Assembly: GCA_045630805.1 (NCBI GenBank)
Contig: JAZQTO010000001.1
Span: 624-64,623, forward strand
Length of the DNA stretch: 64,000 nt
Reading direction: 5' to 3'
From: Paludibacteraceae bacterium
GTDB taxonomy: Bacteria > Bacteroidota > Bacteroidia > Bacteroidales > Paludibacteraceae
Below the pieces are notes generated by a model. It was not told the origin of the DNA and did no database searches. It saw only the letters and a program-made list of their open reading frames with translations. A program made the position numbers and the translations under genes. Shown here one piece after another: positions 57,243 to 64,000 of this stretch (the stretch's first letter is position 1; every line of letters starts with the position of its first letter).

Positions 57243-57820
57243 AATTAGATTTAGCATCTTTTGCTTTTGGTTTTGAACTAATCGAAGGCACTGGTACGCC
57301 TCCATGGGGTACTTCATTTGGACAAAATAGTCCAGAATATAAATTTGTGCGCGAAGGTTTTGAAGAAATCATCGTAGGTATGTTGTATAATGCTGTAGAT
57401 TTAAGGCAAGTATTTCTTCCTTTGGGTAAAGGTGGAAATATTGTTAAAGGATCAGAAACGTCCATCGTACAATTAGCTTCTGTATTTAATAACGTTTATG
57501 TAAACGGAGAAAAAATCGACTACCCTTTTACTATGGTTATCTTGAAGGAAGATTCTGATTCTCACTATGGAAGAAGGCATTTAAAGTACAGCCCTAAAAT
57601 TTCATATCGAGCGTATAGTGGTAGGGTATTCTCTAATAATGAATTTGTTTCTATGGTACGCCAGCACTTTGGGTTAGCAGAAAAAGCATGTTGGTTTATT
57701 GATGAAATAAAAATAGAAAATCAAGATACTTTGCATATGAAAGCTATTTTTGTAAATAAAGATACTTTCGAAGTTTACCAAAATAGTAAAGAGAGGAAAC
57801 AGAAGTGGTCAAATAGATAA
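57239..57820 (+). CDS. Hypothetical protein (193 aa), translationally coupled to the methyltransferase
   Basis: ATGA start/stop overlap with dcm. No domain recognised. Its position fits a cognate nuclease or another effector. Confidence 0.6.
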   Translation: MKLDLASFAFGFELIEGTGTPPWGTSFGQNSPEYKFVREGFEEIIVGMLYNAVDLRQVFLPLGKGGNIVKGSETSIVQLASVFNNVYVNGEKIDYPFTMVILKEDSDSHYGRRHLKYSPKISYRAYSGRVFSNNEFVSMVRQHFGLAEKACWFIDEIKIENQDTLHMKAIFVNKDTFEVYQNSKERKQKWSNR

Positions 57821-57841
57821 CTTAAATTCTGTAATAAGAGT

Positions 57842-59017
57842 ATGGATAAAATATATGCATATATTGATGAATATGGAGCATATGGATTTGATTACGATAA
57901 AGATAATGTATCAACCCATTTCATTATTACTGCGGCAATAGTAAATGAAAGAGAAAAAGAATATGTAATAACATCCATTGATGAAATAAGAAAAAGATAT
58001 TTTCAAAAGGGTGAAATTAAATCGTCTAGTATCGGGAAAAACCATAGTCGTCGGAAAATTATTTTATCAAAAATTTTAGAACTACCGATAAGATACATTA
58101 TTTTGGTAGTGGATAAAGAAATGATTTTTGAAAATGGAGGATTAAAGAAATCTAAATCTGTTTTTTACAAATTTCTTAATGAACATCTGTATTCTACTTT
58201 GCGAAATAGTTATAGCAAAATAGAAATCTGTGCAGATGAACTTGGAAAAAATGATTTTATTGATTCTTTTATATCATATGTAAAAAGAAAAGCCAAAGCA
58301 ACACAATTGTCTCTATTTGACGAAAGCCATTTCCATCTTGCAAATAGTAAACAAGATGTTTTGATCCAAGTCGCAGATTTAATATCTGGTTCAGTTGCAT
58401 ATGATTTTGATCGTAAGAAAATGTTACTTGCAGAAGGGAATAATTATGTGGATTTTATAAATCATAAAGTAAATATGATTAAACATTTTCCAAGAAATTT
58501 TGAGGATATGTTAGAAGATACTAAAACATTAAAATCAGGTGTATACGATCCTCAAATAATGGAAATATGTTATCGTAAAGCGATGTCTGTTTTAAATGAA
58601 TTAGAAAATAAATCGGATGATAATTGTAAAATGCAATATCTTGTTCTTAATTATTTATTATTTAGATTTAAGAGTAACTCAACAAGGTCTTATATTTCAA
58701 CAAAAGAACTGAAAAATTTTTTACTAGATAATGGTTTTGTAATAAAGACGGATCAAACTTTTAGAAACAAAATTATAGGACATTTGCGTGATAAGGGAGT
58801 TATATTAGCGAGTTCATCAAAAGGTTATCGAATACCTAAAGGCCGTGGTGATATCGAAAATTATATCAACCATGATAAAAGTGTCATATTACCAATGATT
58901 TTTCGGTTAAAAATATGTTATGATGAAGTGCTGAGTGGTTCAAATGGTGAGATTGATTTATTGAATGAAGAAAAAAATAAACATTTTAGAAATATATTAC
59001 AAGCTCCGAGCAAATAA
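57842..59017 (+). CDS. DUF3800-domain protein
   Basis: N-terminal IYAYIDEYGAYGFD resembles the DUF3800 D-E-x-G signature, with a later QVADLISG. The C-terminal ~150 aa are unassigned. Confidence 0.65.
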   Translation: MDKIYAYIDEYGAYGFDYDKDNVSTHFIITAAIVNEREKEYVITSIDEIRKRYFQKGEIKSSSIGKNHSRRKIILSKILELPIRYIILVVDKEMIFENGGLKKSKSVFYKFLNEHLYSTLRNSYSKIEICADELGKNDFIDSFISYVKRKAKATQLSLFDESHFHLANSKQDVLIQVADLISGSVAYDFDRKKMLLAEGNNYVDFINHKVNMIKHFPRNFEDMLEDTKTLKSGVYDPQIMEICYRKAMSVLNELENKSDDNCKMQYLVLNYLLFRFKSNSTRSYISTKELKNFLLDNGFVIKTDQTFRNKIIGHLRDKGVILASSSKGYRIPKGRGDIENYINHDKSVILPMIFRLKICYDEVLSGSNGEIDLLNEEKNKHFRNILQAPSK

Positions 59018-59355
59018 ATCTTAAAAACTTGCAGTAATCAAATAAAAATTGTACCTTTGCAATGAGAAAGAAAACAGCACTCGTGATTAACTACAAAAAA
59101 CCATAAAAACCAATTTATTTGCATTTTTCTTTCCTTCCTGACAAGAAATAGCAGTTTAATATACTACCTTTGCCGCGAAAAGATCGTTCAACCGAAGTGA
59201 GATAAGAAAATTGAAAATATATAATCGCTAAACAAAAGATCTTGAGTTGTATTCAAAACGTATACAACTGAAATAAAACTGAAATAAAACTAGTAAAATC
59301 AACATATTATGGAATATATAGATCTGTTTTATCAACTAATTAATAACCCTTTGTC

Positions 59356-60516
59356 ATGAGTGAATATATAATACCAACGCTGCCCTTATCCTACGATTTG
59401 GAAACTAAGGAGATTCTGCGCCAAGTAAATCGTGCTAACCGTAAGTTGGCAGAACTTAAGGGTGTTGCATTGACTATACCTAACGAGCAGATTTTAATAA
59501 GCTCGCTAACGCTTCAAGAAGCCAAAGATAGTTCCGAAGTTGAAAATATCGTCACCACACAAGATGACTTATATCGTGCTGGTATGGAAATACCATATGA
59601 TATCATCAGTGCAGCGACTAAAGAAGTTCTTCTATACAGAGAAGCTATTTCTGAAGGATTCCATCTTGTGCGAAACAAAAATATCCTTACTCTAAATGAT
59701 ATTAAACGCATTCAGCAGATATTAGAAGCAAATTCTGCGGGATTTAGAAGCACTCCTGGTACTCAACTAAAACGCAGTTCTGATGGAGTTGTAGTATACA
59801 CTCCACCTCAAGACAAAGTAGTCATCGAAAAGTATATGGCCAACTTAGAGCAATTCATCAATGATGAGCAATTGTCTTCGTTAGATCCACTTATCAAGAT
59901 GGCTATCATTCATCATCAATTTGAGAGTATCCATCCATTCTATGATGGCAATGGCAGAACAGGACGTATTATCAATATTCTATATCTAGTTATTGCAGAT
60001 TTGTTGGAGCTTCCAATATTATATCTTAGTCGATACATCACGCATAATAAACAAGAATATTATCAACTAATTCAAGCTATCAGAGATAAGAATACCGATA
60101 ATGCAAAACAGTGGGAAGAATGGATATTATTCATGTTAAAAGGTGTTGAGCAAACGGCACAAGATACAATCAATCTGATCAAGCATATAGGCACATTGAT
60201 GGATAGGTTCAAACGAACTCTAAGACCTGTCTTTGGAACTAAATATAACCATGAATTATTGAATGGTTTATTTTATCATCCGTACACCAAAATTGAACAC
60301 ATTGAGAAAAACCTACAAGTAACTCGACAGACTGCATCACGCTATTTGAATACGATAGTTGAGCTCGGATTACTGCAAAAACAAAAGAAAGGCAAGGAGA
60401 ATTACTATGTAAATGTGCTATTAGTTGACCTATTTTTATCATATAGTGAAAGTCCCAAGCATACTGAAGCAGATAGCATAGAATCTGTTCATGGTAAAAA
60501 TAACGAAAAAATGTAA
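59356..60516 (+). CDS. Fic-family protein (AMPylase type) with an N-terminal inhibitory motif and a C-terminal wHTH
   Basis: Active-site loop HPFYDGNGRTGR. SSEVEN fits the (S/T)xxxE(G/N) auto-inhibition motif. The C-terminal QVTRQTASRYLNTIVELGLL is a winged-helix-like segment. Confidence 0.9.
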   Translation: MSEYIIPTLPLSYDLETKEILRQVNRANRKLAELKGVALTIPNEQILISSLTLQEAKDSSEVENIVTTQDDLYRAGMEIPYDIISAATKEVLLYREAISEGFHLVRNKNILTLNDIKRIQQILEANSAGFRSTPGTQLKRSSDGVVVYTPPQDKVVIEKYMANLEQFINDEQLSSLDPLIKMAIIHHQFESIHPFYDGNGRTGRIINILYLVIADLLELPILYLSRYITHNKQEYYQLIQAIRDKNTDNAKQWEEWILFMLKGVEQTAQDTINLIKHIGTLMDRFKRTLRPVFGTKYNHELLNGLFYHPYTKIEHIEKNLQVTRQTASRYLNTIVELGLLQKQKKGKENYYVNVLLVDLFLSYSESPKHTEADSIESVHGKNNEKM

Positions 60517-61073
60517 CATATTTATGGGGTCATGTTAAAAAAACGCGAAAAATTTAACACGTTCTACCTGTCATGTTATAAAATGTAAGATTTTAATGCA
60601 CATACTCTTCAATGAAGCATTATGCAAAGTCCAGAGGACAGATACGGGACATTTATAGGACAGATATGGGACATATTCGGGACATTTATAGGACATTTAT
60701 GGAACAAATGTGGGACGTTTTTAGAGTTTCCAATTCTCCTATTACTCTCTAAAACCCAACTCCCCCATACCCCATAAAAACCAATTCATATCCACTTTTC
60801 TCTCCAATATGACAAGAAAAATCACCCCATCATCCAACAAAGATACAAGCCAACAACTCCGACAACTGCTGATTGATATGATATAATCCCTCCATCTCCA
60901 CACCGAGAAGCAAATTTATAATTACCTATCCCCTCCTCACATACCCACACATATCCTCACACACCTACACATACTCACACATACCTAATATACTTACACA
61001 TAGCTTGCTCCTTTTTTCTCACAAAATGAAGTGAACCCCAAAAGTTAGACAAAAAACTTTTAGGTTTTTATTT

Positions 61074-61598
61074 ATGTATAAGAAACATTCATTAGAAGAA
61101 CGGCTGCTTGCTGTTAAAAAATGTCTAGAAGGTCTTAGTCCTAGATGTGTAGGTCGTCAATTAGGAATTAATTCTAGTTACATATCAGAATGGTTGTATA
61201 AATACCAACGTGAAGGAAGTAAAGGTTTAGAAAAACGTCCTAATATACGTGCGAATTTTGAAGAAAAATGCAAAATTGTTTGCGCATATGCTGAAAAAGG
61301 TATACCTTTGCATCGTGTTAGTTCAGACTACCATGTATCTCAGTCTTCGATATGCTTATGGACACGCATCTATCGTCAGGGAGGTTATGGTGCTCTGCGC
61401 ACGATGACTAAACCAGATCTAAGTATCAAAAGTATGGGACGTCCAAAGAAACAAGAGCCACAAACTGAGTTAGAACGTTTACGTTACGAAAATGAGTGGT
61501 TACGTGCAGAGGTTGCACTATTAAAAAAAGTGAGGGCTTTAATGGACGAAAAGGAGCGCCAACTACGAGAGATTGGGCGCAAGCCATCCAAACATTAA
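61074..61598 (+). CDS. IS3 transposase OrfA (HTH plus leucine zipper)
   Basis: HTH_Tnp-like N-terminus and a C-terminal coiled coil (LERLRYENEWLRAEVALLKK). Confidence 0.88.
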   Translation: MYKKHSLEERLLAVKKCLEGLSPRCVGRQLGINSSYISEWLYKYQREGSKGLEKRPNIRANFEEKCKIVCAYAEKGIPLHRVSSDYHVSQSSICLWTRIYRQGGYGALRTMTKPDLSIKSMGRPKKQEPQTELERLRYENEWLRAEVALLKKVRALMDEKERQLREIGRKPSKH

Positions 61599-62419
61599 AG
61601 CCAGAACATAACCTTGATATATTGCTACAAGTCAAGGGGATGGCTCGTGCTACATACTATTATAGCATAAAGAATCGTAAAGATAAATATGCCCTATTGC
61701 GTAAATCAATAGCACGTATTTTTGCAGAGCATAATGGCCGTTATGGTTATCGACGTGTATATGAGCAGTTGCGCGCTGAAGGATATACTATTAATCATAA
61801 AACTATTGCCAAACTAATGGCAGAAATGGACTTATATGCTAGGCGACGAAAGGTACATTATCGCTCATATAAGGGGGATGTCGGACGAATAGCTCCCAAT
61901 CTATTGCAACGTAATTTTATGACGGATGGCCCCAATCAAAAATGGGCTACCGATATTACACAAATAGACATACAAGGTAGGAAGTGTTACTTGTCACCAA
62001 TATTAGATATGTGGAATGGTGAGATTATTAGTTATACTATATCTGACAGTCCTAACATGAAGATGGTTACTGATATGCTACAGAAAGCTTTCCGCAAACA
62101 GGTTCCTACCAAAGGTATGTTGATGCATTCTGATCAAGGGTGGCATTATCAACATATTAAATATCGAGAATTACTCCAACACTACGGCATCATACAAAGT
62201 ATGTCACGCAAAGGTAATTGTTTGGATAATGCCATGATGGAAAACTTTTTTGGCATAATGAAGAATGAGTTACTATATCCTAACAAATGGGAAGATATAG
62301 ACGAATTTAAACAAGCACTTAAGAAATATATCAAATATTACAATCATAAACGTATCAAACTAAAATTAAAAATGAGTCCAGTACTTTACCGAACTCACTT
62401 TCAAAATATAGTTAACTAA
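61496..62419 (+). CDS. IS3 transposase OrfB (DDE/rve integrase core), expressed by -1 frameshift as OrfAB
   Basis: rve-domain blocks WATDITQ (D), HSDQGWHY (D), and CLDNAMMENFFG..K.E (E). The slippery sequence AAAAAAAG lies at 61523-61530 in the overlap. Confidence 0.88.
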   Translation: MVTCRGCTIKKSEGFNGRKGAPTTRDWAQAIQTLKPEHNLDILLQVKGMARATYYYSIKNRKDKYALLRKSIARIFAEHNGRYGYRRVYEQLRAEGYTINHKTIAKLMAEMDLYARRRKVHYRSYKGDVGRIAPNLLQRNFMTDGPNQKWATDITQIDIQGRKCYLSPILDMWNGEIISYTISDSPNMKMVTDMLQKAFRKQVPTKGMLMHSDQGWHYQHIKYRELLQHYGIIQSMSRKGNCLDNAMMENFFGIMKNELLYPNKWEDIDEFKQALKKYIKYYNHKRIKLKLKMSPVLYRTHFQNIVN

Positions 62420-63126
62420 ATTTATTAATCTGTCCAACTTTTTGGGGTCATCTCAAAAAAAGCAGCAAACTCAACAAAAAGGAGCAAGTCAAAAAGCAGT
62501 TGTTCGGAAATTCCGAACAACTGCATTGGATGGCAAAACATACCAAGTAGATTCAGGTGCCTATGTACATAAACATGGCATTTCATGTACATACCTCGCA
62601 AAAAATATATATAGTAGATAATATTGAGCAACCATCCGGAATTTCCGGATAGTTCAAACTGAAGGTTCTCGCCAAGTGTCACGCGAGGGGAAGCACTATA
62701 GTCTGCGAAATAGTAATCCTGTCTCAACCTCCACGCATCAGATGACAAAAGAGGTGTAGATCGTAGGGGATAGATGCAGGTCAACCGGTGACAATTTGTC
62801 ACCAGTTACTATTCGGGAAAATGGACAAACAAAATTGGTTATAGGTTATAGGCGAAGGGTACTCGAATAATATTCGAGATAATAAACAAACAAAACAGGG
62901 AATCAGTACACACAGATGTGTGAATGTGTGAATGTGTGAATGAGACGAGAGGCGTTTTAGGCGATGAGGCGGGGAATAGAAGAGACGAGCAAGGGCTCGT
63001 CTCTTCTGGTGTAGAGTGTAAGGTGTAAAGGCGGGCGCTTGCAGCGCAGTTTAGAGGACGCGCTGAAAGCGCTACAGTTTAGGGTTTAGAGGCGAGAAAT
63101 GCTCGGCGAATTAACGCCGAGCACTT

Positions 63127-63230
63127 GACAGACGGAGGAATACAGGATACTCGGCGGACCACCGCCGAGGGCAGGACAGACGGAGGGAGCACAGGATACT
63201 CGGCGGAACACCACCGAGGGCAGGACAGAC
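63127..63230. repeat. 48/49-bp tandem repeat, 2.1 copies, each unit carrying a hairpin
   Basis: Unit 1: gacagacggaggaatacaggatactcggcggaccaccgccgagggcag. Unit 2: gacagacggagggagcacaggatactcggcggaacaccaccgagggcag. Then a partial gacagac. Each full unit has an internal ctcggcgg/ccgccgag-type stem: the stem is exact in unit 1 and weaker in unit 2 (ccaccgag). Confidence 0.9.
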
Positions 63231-63276
63231 TAGTGGGAATGAAAAAGATACACCAGAGTGGGGCGCTGGAGGCGCA

Positions 63277-63340
63277 GTGTAGAGTGTAGAGTGTAGAGTG
63301 TAGGGTGTAGAGTGTAGAGTGTAAGGGTGTAGGGTGTAGA
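63277..63340. repeat. Degenerate heptamer array (gtgtaga/gtgtagg/gtgtaag), ~9 units
   Basis: Read directly from the sequence. The same word family occurs in reverse orientation at 12425-12460 and again at 63010-63028. Confidence 0.9.
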
Positions 63341-63468
63341 AGCGAGGGCAAACTGTCAACCTATTTTAGGAAAAGACAACTCCCTACACCTCTAATCCTT
63401 ACAAACTTTATCAACAATTGTTGAAAACTTTTTTGTTTTTTTTATTTGGTAATCTCACTTTTTTATTT

Positions 63469-63476
63469 TACCTTTG
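63469..63476 (+). promoter_or_regulatory. Bacteroidota -7 promoter box (TACCTTTG)
   Basis: 'ttttacctttgcag' lies 23 nt upstream of the ATG at 63499. Confidence 0.55.
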
Positions 63477-63498
63477 CAGAAAATTTGAACCAAACACT

Positions 63499-64000
63499 AT
63501 GAACTCTCTTAGCAACATATTCCCTATTGGTTATCCCAATATCCCAACAGAGGAGGACCTCGATTTTGAGGTTCAGGATTTGTTGCGCCACTCTGATTCT
63601 CCATTTGATATCATCCACTATATCAACGATATAGAATGTCCTTACTACCGCAAAGCATTCGCTATACTCGTGCCACCTAAATGGCACACCATGGAACGCG
63701 ATGGCAAAAACCCTGCTGTGTTCGAAGATATGGATGGGTATTACATCAGTACATGGCTTAATATCGATTCCGATATCGGACGGATCATCAAAAAAGCCAA
63801 CGCTGAACAAGTTGAACTAGAACAAACCCCTAAAACTTCTGAAACCCCTAAAACCTCTAAAACATTCCCCACTATGCCACTTATCATCAAAGGAGATCCA
63901 CAAGTTATCAATCACTACGAAGGCGCACACTACGAAAACTGCACCTTCATCAATGGTACACCCATCACTAATAACCAACACATCGAGGATGTTGTACCCG
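63499..64000 (+). CDS. Hypothetical protein, 5' part only (runs off the window end)
   Basis: Not in the ORF track because there is no stop codon in the window. I translated 167 codons without a stop (MNSLSNIFPIGYPNIPTEEDLDFEV...). A promoter box lies upstream. The listed antisense ORF 63463..63810 is its shadow. Confidence 0.7.
   Translation, partial: MNSLSNIFPIGYPNIPTEEDLDFEVQDLLRHSDSPFDIIHYINDIECPYYRKAFAILVPPKWHTMERDGKNPAVFEDMDGYYISTWLNIDSDIGRIIKKANAEQVELEQTPKTSETPKTSKTFPTMPLIIKGDPQVINHYEGAHYENCTFINGTPITNNQHIEDVVP

Larger units (their letters stand above)
61032..62450 (+). mobile_element. IS3-family insertion sequence (1419 bp)
   Basis: Imperfect terminal inverted repeats: TGAACCCCAAAAGTTAGACA (61032-61051) and tgtccaactttttggggtca (62431-62450). 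OrfA and orfB overlap, with an A7G slippery site. Confidence 0.88.

Noticed and set aside
60634-60725. Possible CRISPR array (also considered for 63127-63340)
   Set aside because: The units are contiguous and degenerate, with no unique spacers of 25-40 bp between conserved repeats. No cas genes are present in the window.
62425-62802. 125-aa minus-strand ORF, plus 63079..63351 and 63111..63359
   Set aside because: The first starts inside the IS right inverted repeat and crosses hairpin sequences. The other two translate the heptamer and 48-bp repeat arrays (LHSTLYTLHSTLYTLH). There are no promoter boxes or motifs.
62640-62830. Possible structured RNA or group II intron fragment downstream of the IS
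   Set aside because: I could not find GUGYG, domain V or any riboswitch consensus on either strand. Only isolated hairpins are present. It is described as part of the repeat block instead.
63463-63810. 115-aa minus-strand ORF at the window end
   Set aside because: A plus-strand ORF starting at 63499, preceded by a promoter box, stays open to the window edge and explains this as an antisense shadow.

Overview
Chromosomal segment from a Bacteroidota genome, probably a Prevotella-like Bacteroidales. Evidence for the taxon: TAnnTTTG (-7) promoter boxes ('tacctttgca') sit 20-100 nt upstream of most genes, Shine-Dalgarno sequences are mostly absent, the BspA-type LRR proteins, gldH and a PorW/SprE-like gene are present, and S16 has a long C-terminal tail.

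The backbone is housekeeping: zupT-like, a CaCA antiporter, ychF, gpmI, rpsF-rpsR-rplI, rpmE, rpsT, rpsP, holB, a PSP1/RicT protein, gldH, trmB, an Mrp/ApbC ATPase, a MATE pump, tsaB, malQ, and a TPP-riboswitch-controlled TonB-dependent receptor.

Three accessory regions stand out:
1. 13.4-17.9 kb: an operon encoding a 95-aa peptide with a twin-arginine leader and 11 Cys in CxxxC register, a radical-SAM/SPASM enzyme, a SPASM-only degenerate paralogue, a 97-aa protein, and its own tatA-tatC. This is my best candidate for the poorly described or undescribed system.
2. 38.07-47.37 kb: a ~9.3-kb AT-rich integrative element inserted in the 3' end of tRNA(CAU) and flanked by 51-bp direct repeats. 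It carries a tyrosine integrase, a serine recombinase, an AEP-like primase/replication protein, an XRE regulator and an LRR lipoprotein cargo.
3. 53.8-62.5 kb: an AT-rich defence island (XRE - AIPR - m5C methyltransferase - 193-aa orphan - DUF3800, then Fic) ending in an IS3-family element.

The window also contains a GATC-dense ~170-bp palindromic repeat family (three copies, two bracketing ychF). Many degenerate short-period 'word' repeats occur in the spacers, and some are embedded in frame in coding sequences. One of these is a perfect 7-nt x5 tract inside the TonB-dependent receptor.

No rRNA genes or CRISPR arrays were seen. All calls come from reading the ORF translations and the DNA; no database search was run.
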